Positions 10,810 through 19,312 of a DNA stretch of 64,000 nt are shown here, piece by piece. The first letter of the stretch is position 1; each line of letters begins with the position of its first letter. This DNA comes from Chitinophagaceae bacterium (lineage in GTDB: Bacteria > Bacteroidota > Bacteroidia > Chitinophagales > Chitinophagaceae). The position numbers and the translations under genes are program-made. The notes beneath the pieces are model-generated. The model did not search any database. It was not told the origin of the DNA and saw only the letters and a list, made by a program, of their open reading frames with translations. The stretch lies in assembly GCA_947442625.1 (NCBI GenBank), contig CANEWJ010000001.1:2506-66505 (forward strand), read 5' to 3'.

Positions 10810-11520
10810 ATGAAAAAAACAATATTACAGGCATTCATTCTCTTGTCCATTGCTGCAGGCATTTACCTGCTCATCAGCCGTGTGGATTGGATGAAGTTGT
10901 TTCGCGTTGAAAAAATGACTGATGCCCTTGAACAGAAATTAGGGGATATGGTCTGGGCTGGTATGGATGAGCAGTCTATTGAAGAGGGAAAAGAGTATGA
11001 TAGGGTTGATAGTTTGGTTACTGCGATTTGCAAGAGCAATGGTTTCGAGCGCAAGAAAATCAAACTTCATATCATGGGCGATAGTGAGGTCAATGCTTTT
11101 GCGTTGCCCGATCGTCATATGGTGGTTCATACAGGATTGATCAATGCCGTTCACAACAATGATGAACTCAGTGGCGTCTTGGCACATGAAATTGCCCACA
11201 TGGAATTGTCGCATGTCATGAAAAAATTGCTCAAACAAATGGGATACACCCTTTTGATCAGCATCACCACAGGAGAGGCAGGCGGCGGAGCCATCAAAGA
11301 ATTGCTGGGCATGTTGTCATCCACCGCCTACGACCGCAAGCTGGAGAAAGATGCAGACATCAAGGCTATTGAATATTTGAAGAAGGCGGGTATCAGCCCC
11401 AACGGTTTTGCTGATTTTCTGTATCGACTGGGTGAGAAAGATGGCTCACTGGGCAGCCTTTCCTGGATCAGCACCCATCCTGATTCCAAGGAGCGGGCCA
11501 GGTATATCAGGGGGGAATAA
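10810..11520 (+). CDS. M48 family zinc metallopeptidase
   Basis: VNAFALP, HEIAH (HExxH), EKDAD, STHP; N-terminal membrane anchor. Confidence 0.9.
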   Translation: MKKTILQAFILLSIAAGIYLLISRVDWMKLFRVEKMTDALEQKLGDMVWAGMDEQSIEEGKEYDRVDSLVTAICKSNGFERKKIKLHIMGDSEVNAFALPDRHMVVHTGLINAVHNNDELSGVLAHEIAHMELSHVMKKLLKQMGYTLLISITTGEAGGGAIKELLGMLSSTAYDRKLEKDADIKAIEYLKKAGISPNGFADFLYRLGEKDGSLGSLSWISTHPDSKERARYIRGE

Positions 11521-11602
11521 GGTTTAAGGGTTTAGGGGTTGAAAGGTTTAATAACTGAACCCCTAAACCTCTACACCTTTAAACATCTTCACCCCTAAAC
11601 CC
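11521..11602. repeat. Head-to-head inverted pair of octamer arrays between convergent genes
   Basis: Four G-rich units at 11521-11552, then six C-rich units (CCCTAAAC-type) at 11553-11600. Confidence 0.85.
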
Positions 11603-11608
11603 AATCGA

Positions 11609-13048
11609 CTAAAAATTGTAATTCAATACCAGGTTCCACTGCTGCATGTTCACCTTGTTAATGATGTTTTTTTCAGGTACCAATTCAGTTCCTGCATTTG
11701 ATTTATAAACATACAGCAACTGTGTTCCAAGGCCAGAGAGCAATCCTCCTTTGAAATCATAGCGAATATCAAGGTTGATTTGGTGGTAAGACGTCATGCC
11801 ATATTTGTTTGCCGGGTAGTTGTTGATGGCTGGAAGATCAAAATACCCATAAGCAGTGCCCGTCTTGAATGCAGTGCCTGGAATGCTGTATCCCAATTTG
11901 AGCACATAAGCATGAACATCCGCAAGCCCTTCGTTTCTTTCCCTTTGCAGGAAAGTATAAAAAGGATCGCGGCCCCATTCCCTCGGCATCAGATACCGGC
12001 CTTTTTTGGTAATGCGGTTGAAATTGACGGATGTTTTCCATGCCTTGTTTTCCCACCCCAACATTCCACCAAAAGTCATCGCTGATGATTGCTGCATGTA
12101 CCGTTCCCCGGCATCTTCATTGCCTCCGCTGCCAATCTTGTTGATGTGAATGAGTTGTGCGCCTGCAACAATGGCGCCACCAGAGCTGAGAGGCTTGTTT
12201 AGATCTGCCTGTAACAACATCGCATTGAATATGTTTTCAGTGTAGAGGTCCCACCATTTTAGGGTGAGGTTCTTGATGGACTTGTTGGTGACGCCTGCCA
12301 TGGCAATGCCCTTTGTTTTGGTATTGCCAAAATAGTTTGACTTTGTGCCATCAGTGTTCAGCCCACTGGAGTAAATGCCCATCGACCCAGCGACGCTGTA
12401 CCACGCCACTGCACCCCTGGGAGAAATTCTGCTGATCAAACCACCTTCAACCTTTGTCTTGCCATTCCCATTGGTTTCGTACCAGATTCCCCCTACTTCA
12501 GTAGGGCGCATCCTTCCATCCTGCAAGTTGATGAATGGACTGTTGAGCAATTGTTTTCCAACGGTAATCGATGCATGCTTGAAATTGTATTTTAAAAACA
12601 ACTCTTCAAGCCGATCGATGTCAGATTTGTTGTTGGGATTGGTCTGGTCAAACAGGCCAATTTCATAACGGTTGGGTTGATTTGTTTTGGGATCTGGAAC
12701 GGAAAGGTCAGAGGATCCAATGTTAAACGTGAAAAACCCGCTTATGCCCAATTGAAATCCCTTGTAGCTTGCCGTTTCAAACTTGATGCCGCCACCTGCC
12801 GCATGGGCATGATAATCGCTCAGTCCTTTAGCATTGTCGGTTTGCATGAAGAAATAACGGAGATGTCCATGTGTTATGCCATTCTTGAATGCGTAAAGAA
12901 TAGAGTTGGTATCTACAAACTGTTTTTGTTTGTCCTTCCAAATGCCGGGCTTCTCTCCAATTTCCTGGTGTTGGGAAATTCCATCCAACACAAACAGCAA
13001 GATGCTGAAGGTCAGAACATGTTTTTTGAACAGGATGTGCATTTTCAT
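11609..13048 (-). CDS. Outer-membrane porin, OprD-like
   Basis: Signal peptide, alternating beta-strand pattern, C-terminal aromatic (LNYNF). Confidence 0.65.
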   Translation of the reverse strand: MKMHILFKKHVLTFSILLFVLDGISQHQEIGEKPGIWKDKQKQFVDTNSILYAFKNGITHGHLRYFFMQTDNAKGLSDYHAHAAGGGIKFETASYKGFQLGISGFFTFNIGSSDLSVPDPKTNQPNRYEIGLFDQTNPNNKSDIDRLEELFLKYNFKHASITVGKQLLNSPFINLQDGRMRPTEVGGIWYETNGNGKTKVEGGLISRISPRGAVAWYSVAGSMGIYSSGLNTDGTKSNYFGNTKTKGIAMAGVTNKSIKNLTLKWWDLYTENIFNAMLLQADLNKPLSSGGAIVAGAQLIHINKIGSGGNEDAGERYMQQSSAMTFGGMLGWENKAWKTSVNFNRITKKGRYLMPREWGRDPFYTFLQRERNEGLADVHAYVLKLGYSIPGTAFKTGTAYGYFDLPAINNYPANKYGMTSYHQINLDIRYDFKGGLLSGLGTQLLYVYKSNAGTELVPEKNIINKVNMQQWNLVLNYNF

Positions 13049-13092
13049 TTTACTTCTTCATAATCTACTGCTGTCTGCCAATGCATTCCGAA

Positions 13093-13404
13093 TCAAATCT
13101 TGCCATTGAGTACGTTCCAGGGCCCACCATTATGACATTCAATCCCTGCAGTATTCAGCATTGCCGCTGCCATGCCACTCCTGTTGCCACTTCTGCAACA
13201 GGTGATGATCACTTTGTTTTTCTTTTTCAGTTCTGCAGTTTTGTTTTTGATTTCATCCAAGGGAATATTCATTGACCCCTTGATGTGACCGCTGTTGAAT
13301 TCGCCAGGTGTGCGAACATCCAGAATAATAGCGCCGGCTTTAACAAGTGAAGCAAAGTCTACTGCCGGCCCTGAAGAAAACAGGTTTTTTATAAAATCGA
13401 TCAT
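13093..13404 (-). CDS. Single-domain rhodanese (sulfurtransferase)
   Basis: DVRTPGEF..GHIKGS.NIP and active-site loop CRSGNRS. Confidence 0.92.
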   Translation of the reverse strand: MIDFIKNLFSSGPAVDFASLVKAGAIILDVRTPGEFNSGHIKGSMNIPLDEIKNKTAELKKKNKVIITCCRSGNRSGMAAAMLNTAGIECHNGGPWNVLNGKI

Positions 13405-13436
13405 GTTGTTTGTTTTTATTCGTTATGAATGATAAG

Positions 13437-13492
13437 CCTAAACCCTTAAACCCTACACCTCTAAACCTCTCCACCCCTAAACCCTTAAACCA
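13437..13492 (-). repeat. Degenerate GGTTTAGG-type octamer array
   Basis: About 7 units on the minus strand; the first unit contains the TAA stop of the upstream MBL gene. Confidence 0.85.
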
Positions 13493-14882
13493 CTTCATTA
13501 CCCAATGCCATCCACTCATTCATGCTGGCGGAGTAATTGAGTATATTGGTATAGCCAGCGCTTGCAAGCAAAGAATATCCAATGGTTGCACGGTCGCCTC
13601 CCTGGCAATGGATCACCACTTTTTTATCCTTGCTGACTTTGTCGAGGTTATCCATCAGGGTTCCCACAAATACATGATCAGCACCTTTGATATGCCCACT
13701 CTTGAACTCTGTGGCATTGCGCAAATCAACCACCTGAACGTTGGGTTCATCCAGCTGGGATTTGAATGTGTCAATATCGATGATCAGCACCGTGTCGAGT
13801 TGACCGCCCTGATCGGTGAATTCAACTGTTGATGGAACATAGCCAATGATATTGTCAAGACCTATGCGCATCAGTTTGCGTGTCAGGTCGTCGAGCATTG
13901 ACGCATCGGCCAACAACATGAATTGCTCTTCATAATTGAGGAACCAGCCGGCCCATGTTGCAAATGAATTGTTGCCTTGTATGTTGATGCTTCCTGGAAT
14001 ATACCCTTTGGCAAATTCAGTTTTAAGGCGGGCATCAATCAATTTTACTCCTCTTCCCATGGCCTCCATCATTTCTTGGTTGCTGAGGGCCTTCAGTTTC
14101 GGCACAGCCGTCAACAAAGGACGATCCACCTTATTCAGCTTCTTCATCATCGCAAAATACTTCGGTGGTTCGGGCTGGTCTTCCAACAAGAACTTGGTGA
14201 ACCCGAGCTCATCGTTTTCAAAACGAAAAGCCCAGTTGCGTATTTTTTCATAGCCCACGGTGGTACTAGGCACCGCGCCCAAAGCCTTGCCACAAGCCGA
14301 ACCTGCACCATGACCAGGCCATACCTGGATATAATCCGGAAGTTTGGCAAAGCGGTCAATTGATTTGAACATCTGGTGGGCGCCTGCATCTGAGGTGCCA
14401 GTGATGCCGGCTGCTTTTTCAAGAAGATCAGGACGTCCGATGTCCCCAACAAAGACGAAGTCTCCGGTAAAGAACATGACAGGTTCTGCACTTGCTGGTG
14501 TATCAGTCAACAAAAAGCTGATGCTTTCGGGTGTATGTCCGGGCGTGTGCAGGGTTTCCATTTTCAGGTTGCCCACCATAAAGGTTGTGCCATCCTTCAA
14601 TCCGACATGATCGAATTCATATTCCCATCCAGGACCACCTTCATCTGAGAGATAGAGTTTGGCACCGGTGAGGGCGGCCAGTTCGCGTGCACCAGAAAGG
14701 AAGTCTGCATGAATATGGGTTTCCAACACGTGGGTGATGGTCATGTTGTTTTGCTTTGCGATGTCAAGGTAGGTGTCCACATCGCGTTTTGGATCGATGA
14801 CAGCAGCAACTCCCGCTTTTTGACATCCGATGAAATAACTGGCCTGTGCAAGGGTTTTGTCGTAAACGTGTTGAAAAAACAT
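13485..14882 (-). CDS. MBL-fold persulfide dioxygenase-rhodanese fusion (CstB-like)
   Basis: ETHIHADF, HTPGHTPE, WPGHGAGSACGK, two rhodanese domains, HCQGGDR active-site loop. Confidence 0.88.
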   Translation of the reverse strand: MFFQHVYDKTLAQASYFIGCQKAGVAAVIDPKRDVDTYLDIAKQNNMTITHVLETHIHADFLSGARELAALTGAKLYLSDEGGPGWEYEFDHVGLKDGTTFMVGNLKMETLHTPGHTPESISFLLTDTPASAEPVMFFTGDFVFVGDIGRPDLLEKAAGITGTSDAGAHQMFKSIDRFAKLPDYIQVWPGHGAGSACGKALGAVPSTTVGYEKIRNWAFRFENDELGFTKFLLEDQPEPPKYFAMMKKLNKVDRPLLTAVPKLKALSNQEMMEAMGRGVKLIDARLKTEFAKGYIPGSINIQGNNSFATWAGWFLNYEEQFMLLADASMLDDLTRKLMRIGLDNIIGYVPSTVEFTDQGGQLDTVLIIDIDTFKSQLDEPNVQVVDLRNATEFKSGHIKGADHVFVGTLMDNLDKVSKDKKVVIHCQGGDRATIGYSLLASAGYTNILNYSASMNEWMALGNEVV

Positions 14883-14956
14883 GGATTGATTTTTAGTTTT
14901 TTAAATGGTATGCTGTTATCCTTTTAACTAACTGTGTTAAAAGATGGGTGTTGATC

Positions 14957-15751
14957 TTATTTGAAAAAAAGCTCTTTTAAAATTATATAAATGCCCATTA
15001 CCAAAACGAACCAGCCAAATCCTTTTTTGAGGCGCTCGGCTGATACTTGCTTGCTCATGGCATTGCCAATAAAAATACCGACGATGGCCAATGCAGTTAC
15101 AGACAATAATAGGTTCCAGTCCATGGTTTGTTTTCCAAGGTCTCCGGTGAAACCGATGAGTGACTTGGCGGCGATAATCATCAGCGATGTGCCGATGGCC
15201 TGCTTCATGGGGAGTTTGCTGAACAACACCAATGCAGGGATGATCAGGAATCCGCCACCGGCGCCAACCAGTCCGGTCAACATGCCCACAATAGCGCCTT
15301 CTAACAGGATCATCGGATAATTGAATACCTGCGGTCCTTCTTCTTTCGCCTCATTGTTGTTGCTGCGAATCATCGAAACAGATGCAAATACCATGAGTAC
15401 GGCAAAAATCATCATCATCATCAATGCTTTGGTCATTTCAAAAGAACCAAAGGTGAAAATGGTTGATGGGATGGCAGGAACAATGAATGCACGGGTGGCA
15501 TAGACAGCGATGATGGAAGGTATTCCAAAGATGATGGCGGTCTTAAAATTGATCTCCCCATTTTTGTATTTTGGGAAAACCCCAACCAGGCTTGTTGATC
15601 CAACGATGAACAAGGAATAGGCCGTTGCCATCACAGGGTCAACACCAAAAAGATAAACAAGAACAGGAACTGTGAGAATGGAACCGCCGCCGCCAATAAG
15701 CCCGAGCGAGATGCCAATAACCAGTGATGCGAAGTAGCCCAATATTTCCAT
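14957..15751 (-). CDS. TauE/SafE family sulfite exporter
   Basis: GLIGGGGSILTVP and GLVGAGGGFLIIP repeats; highly hydrophobic. Confidence 0.92.
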   Translation of the reverse strand: MEILGYFASLVIGISLGLIGGGGSILTVPVLVYLFGVDPVMATAYSLFIVGSTSLVGVFPKYKNGEINFKTAIIFGIPSIIAVYATRAFIVPAIPSTIFTFGSFEMTKALMMMMIFAVLMVFASVSMIRSNNNEAKEEGPQVFNYPMILLEGAIVGMLTGLVGAGGGFLIIPALVLFSKLPMKQAIGTSLMIIAAKSLIGFTGDLGKQTMDWNLLLSVTALAIVGIFIGNAMSKQVSAERLKKGFGWFVLVMGIYIILKELFFK

Positions 15752-15798
15752 GTGTAAATTTTCGTAAAGCAAAGATGAATCATGCCAACAACAAAGCG

Positions 15799-15814
15799 TG
15801 TGACTGATGTCACG
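15799..15814. promoter_or_regulatory. Crp/Fnr-type box TGTGA-N6-TCACG
   Basis: TGTGACTGATGTCACG in the divergent promoter region. Confidence 0.5.
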
Positions 15815-15832
15815 CAGGCTGTTTTTTGTAAT

Positions 15833-15848
15833 AGTGATTTAAATCACT
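15833..15848. promoter_or_regulatory. Perfect 16-bp palindrome, putative operator
   Basis: AGTGATTTAAATCACT (GTGA-N6-TCAC). Confidence 0.55.
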
Positions 15849-15914
15849 GTTTGTAAGGGGCATAAAGGTCAACTTTGAATTTGATATCATTGTACAATTC
15901 TAAATAAATAACAC

Positions 15915-16043
15915 ATGAAAGTAGAGCAAATTTACACCGGTTGTTTGGCACAAGGCGCTTATTATATAGAAAGCGAAGGAGAGGTTGCCATAAGCGGAAA
16001 ATTCACCCTGTCTGCTTATGTTACTCCGTCTACAATGTTGTAA
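15915..16043 (+). pseudogene. N-terminal remnant of a second MBL-fold hydrolase/persulfide dioxygenase
   Basis: MKVEQIYTGCLAQGAYYIESEGEVAI matches the recalled N-terminus of Bacteroidota MBL-rhodanese proteins; the frame then diverges and stops after 42 aa. Confidence 0.75.
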
Positions 16044-16060
16044 ATTGTGCAAAAGCTTTC

Positions 16061-16471
16061 ATGAAAAAAGGTACGATCGCATTGCTCTTCTGCATGATAA
16101 CATTGGCCGCATCGGCACAGGAAAAAAAGTTGAGTGTGGTTTGGGATCTTTCCAGCGCCGATACTACGGTTCAGGCTGCTGTATTTCGCCAGGTCAACAA
16201 TGCAAGGGCCTTGGTGCCAGACTTGCAGGTAGAGGTGGTTTTTCATGGACAGGCCGTTTTTGCCGTTATGAATGACTCAGTTCAGTTTGCTTCCAGGGTA
16301 AAGTTGGCAAAGGAAAAAGGGGTTACGCTTGCGGTGTGCAACAATTCGCTCAAGCGTCTGAAAATTGATCCTTCCAAGCTGATGGCCGAAACCACGGTTG
16401 TGCCCAGCGCTGTTGTAGAGCTGATCAAAAAACAGGCTGAGGGATGGAGCTATCTCAAGGCAAGCCATTGA
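16061..16471 (+). CDS. Exported DsrE family protein
   Basis: Signal peptide; VEVVFHGQAV, VCNNSL, VPSAVVEL..KQ.EGWSY motifs. Confidence 0.82.
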   Translation: MKKGTIALLFCMITLAASAQEKKLSVVWDLSSADTTVQAAVFRQVNNARALVPDLQVEVVFHGQAVFAVMNDSVQFASRVKLAKEKGVTLAVCNNSLKRLKIDPSKLMAETTVVPSAVVELIKKQAEGWSYLKASH

Positions 16472-16475
16472 TAAA

Positions 16476-16499
16476 AAAGGGCGCTGAGAAGCGCCCTTT
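16476..16499. terminator. Probable bidirectional intrinsic terminator
   Basis: AAAGGGCGC-TGAGAA-GCGCCCTTT between convergent genes. Confidence 0.7.
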
Positions 16500-16503
16500 C
16501 TAG

Positions 16504-17988
16504 TTATTGTGCCTTCTTGATTTTCGGGTCGATGAACTCCCAATCCAAGACGTGGGGATGAACATGTTCCCTCTTTGCGATGTCCATCATTTCCCTAATC
16601 AGTTCAGGGTGTGCAGCAGCCACATTGTTTTTTTCATACCGGTCTGTTTCCATATTGAAAAGCTCCCATGCACCTGAAGGATCTTTTCTCACATTTCTTT
16701 TAATCCCCTTCCAGTTTCCAATCCTGACAGCCAACTGGCCGCCGTTTTCAGGATATTCAAAGTAAAAGAAAGGATGTTTTGTTTGTGCAGCAGCCTGGCC
16801 CATCAAGGTAGGCAACAATGAAATTCCATCCAGGTTGGGAACTGGTTTTCCTGTCAACGCTGCAAGGGTGGGCATGATGTCATATTGCACAGAGGCATGG
16901 TTGGAGACGGTATTCGGTGCAATTTTCCCTGGCCATCTTGCGATAAAGGGTACGCTGATGCCTCCTTCATAGAGATCCATCTTCAGTCCCCTGAGTCCGG
17001 CCACACTGTTGAAAAATTTGGAATCGACACCTGCAGAAAAGGTTGCACCATTGTCGCTGGAAAACATGATGATCGTATTTCCATCAAGCCCCATTTTTTT
17101 AATTTTTTCCATGATGATGCCCACCTGATCGTCCAGAAAACTGATCATGGCGGCATACGTTGAACGGGGATATTTCACGGCGGCATATCCTTTTTGTCCG
17201 TAATAAGGCTGCTCATCAAACAGGCCAATGTATTTTTTCACATACGCATCAGGTGCCTGCAGTGAGAGATGGGGTAAGGTATAAGGCAGGTAAAGGTAAA
17301 AGGGTTTGTTCTTGTTTTTGTCGATAAAGCCGAGGGCTTTTTCTGTCATTTTTGCGGGGGCATAATCATTGCCCTTGTAGTAATTGAAGTCTGCATCGGT
17401 GGCATGCAGTGTGTCTTTTATGGGTTGGTGAACATTGATGAAATGATTGTTAAGGGTATCCCATTTGTCATTTTCCCAAAGATGGGTGGGATAAAAATTA
17501 TGCGCCTGTTTTTGGTCGAGGTAGCCATAATAATAATCAAACCCATGGTTCAAAGGACTGCCCGTTGTTCCAGTGACACCCATCCCCCATTTTCCAACCA
17601 GTGCAGTATTGTATCCCCTTTCCTTCAGCATTTTTGCAACGGTATAGGCGCCTTCATGCAAGGGCATTTGTCCACCTTCCTTGTCGTCATCAAATCCACC
17701 CATTTCATAGTTGCCGCGGATATAAGAATGGCCGGGATGCTTGCCCGTCATCAGCATGCAGCGGGATGGTGCGCAAACCGGCGCACTGCTATAATGTTGT
17801 GTGAACCGCATACCCTCTTTTGCCATCCGATCCAGATTCGGGGTCTTGATTTTTGTTTGCCCATAGCAACCCAACTCACCATAGCCCAGGTCGTCTGCAT
17901 AGATATAGATGATGTTGGGTCTGGATTGCTGTGCACTTGTTGTGGCTAGGCAAAGGAGCAACAGTGCTGCGAGTAAAGTTTTTAGCAT
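16504..17988 (-). CDS. Arylsulfatase (Cys-type formylglycine sulfatase)
   Basis: ADDLGY, CAPSR (CxPxR), GKWG, SDNG; signal peptide. Confidence 0.93.
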   Translation of the reverse strand: MLKTLLAALLLLCLATTSAQQSRPNIIYIYADDLGYGELGCYGQTKIKTPNLDRMAKEGMRFTQHYSSAPVCAPSRCMLMTGKHPGHSYIRGNYEMGGFDDDKEGGQMPLHEGAYTVAKMLKERGYNTALVGKWGMGVTGTTGSPLNHGFDYYYGYLDQKQAHNFYPTHLWENDKWDTLNNHFINVHQPIKDTLHATDADFNYYKGNDYAPAKMTEKALGFIDKNKNKPFYLYLPYTLPHLSLQAPDAYVKKYIGLFDEQPYYGQKGYAAVKYPRSTYAAMISFLDDQVGIIMEKIKKMGLDGNTIIMFSSDNGATFSAGVDSKFFNSVAGLRGLKMDLYEGGISVPFIARWPGKIAPNTVSNHASVQYDIMPTLAALTGKPVPNLDGISLLPTLMGQAAAQTKHPFFYFEYPENGGQLAVRIGNWKGIKRNVRKDPSGAWELFNMETDRYEKNNVAAAHPELIREMMDIAKREHVHPHVLDWEFIDPKIKKAQ

Positions 17989-18066
17989 ATGGTTTTTTGA
18001 TTTGCTTGATTCAAGCTATTTCCTTGATGGTAGGATGATTGGCACTGGTGCTCGTTGGAAATGAAG

Positions 18067-19185
18067 TTACTGAAAAACATCAGCCATGCATGCAATGCCA
18101 CTGAGTTTTTTAGCAGCCTCCTGAAGGGTTTCATCACGCTTCGCGAAACAAAAACGCAATACCTGGTCATCATTTCCATCCGCATAAAATGCAGCAACAG
18201 GAATGGTGGCCACACCAATTTTTTTGGTCAGTTGAATAGCAAGTTCCATGGCAGGCATCTTGCCTAATTTTTCATACGTTGCACAAACAAAATAACTGCC
18301 CGATGATTGGAGCATGGTAAAGGGCGAGTTCTTCATTTCGTGGAGAAACAGGTCCCTTTTTTGTTGCATGAAGCAGGATAGCTGAAGGTAACGTTCTTCT
18401 TTCTGCAGATGAGTGGCCAGGGCAACCTGTGTGGGTGTAAAACAACAGAAGGCATCAAACTGGTGGATCTTCCTGAACTCTGCTGTGAGGGCCGATGGAG
18501 CAACACAATATCCCAGCTTCCATCCGGTGCAGTTGTAAACCTTCCCGAAGGAGAAACAAACAAAACTCCTTGAAAACAATTCGGGATATTTCAGGATGCT
18601 GTTGTGCATCAATCCATCGAAAACCAAATGTTCATAGACCTCATCACTGATCAGGAAAATGGAACTATCGCGCAGCAAATCTTGCAGGATTAAAATGTCT
18701 TCATGCGCCAACACACTGCCGGTAGGATTGTGTGGTGAGTTGATGATGATGGCTTTGGTTTTGCTGGTGATGGCATTTTTTACTTTTTCCCAATTGATTT
18801 TGTAGGTGGGAAATTCAAGTGGTATCCGAACCGGAATGCCACCATTGGCGATGATATTGGGGATATAGCTGTCATAGGCAGGCTCAAAAACGATTACTTC
18901 ATCTCCCGGCTGGAGAATGGTGGTGAAAGCAGTATAGATCGCATAACTGCCGCCAGGGGTGATGGTGATATTGTCTGAAGGAGAAAAGCTGTTGCCGTAG
19001 CATCGCTGGATTTTTGCAGCAATGGCTTCCCGAAGGGGCATGTATCCTGCCATGGGAGCATACTGGTTATGGCCATCGGTGATGGCCTTGGCTGCCAATA
19101 CTGCCAATTCCTCATCCATCGGAAAGTCCGGAAAACCCTGGCCCAGGTTGATGGCACCATGTTCTGCAGCGAGGGCGCTCATCAC
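18067..19185 (-). CDS. PLP-dependent methionine aminotransferase (YbdL-like); true start uncertain
   Basis: AINLGQGFPDF, SPHNPTG, DEVYEH, SFGK..TGWKLGY; homology appears to extend upstream to ~19227. Confidence 0.88.
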   Translation of the reverse strand: MMSALAAEHGAINLGQGFPDFPMDEELAVLAAKAITDGHNQYAPMAGYMPLREAIAAKIQRCYGNSFSPSDNITITPGGSYAIYTAFTTILQPGDEVIVFEPAYDSYIPNIIANGGIPVRIPLEFPTYKINWEKVKNAITSKTKAIIINSPHNPTGSVLAHEDILILQDLLRDSSIFLISDEVYEHLVFDGLMHNSILKYPELFSRSFVCFSFGKVYNCTGWKLGYCVAPSALTAEFRKIHQFDAFCCFTPTQVALATHLQKEERYLQLSCFMQQKRDLFLHEMKNSPFTMLQSSGSYFVCATYEKLGKMPAMELAIQLTKKIGVATIPVAAFYADGNDDQVLRFCFAKRDETLQEAAKKLSGIACMADVFQ

Positions 19186-19228
19186 AGTGAAAATGCTGGT
19201 GCCGGTATTGGGGAGTTTGGATTTTATG

Positions 19229-19254
19229 AGTTTAGGGGTTTAATGGTTTAGGGT
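19229..19254 (+). repeat. Octamer array abutting the 5' end of the aminotransferase
   Basis: AGTTTAGG GGTTTAAT GGTTTAGG. Confidence 0.7.
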
Positions 19255-19312
19255 ATTGTTAAATGAAAATGAATATTTAAATGACAATACTGCATCAGCA
19301 AGAATGGACATC

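Noticed and set aside
11521-11602. Eukaryotic telomere contamination
   Set aside because: Units are degenerate 8-mers embedded seamlessly between intact bacterial genes, not pure TTTAGGG runs
14908-14945. Imperfect AT-rich inverted repeat between tauE and the MBL gene
   Set aside because: Too weak to call an operator or terminator
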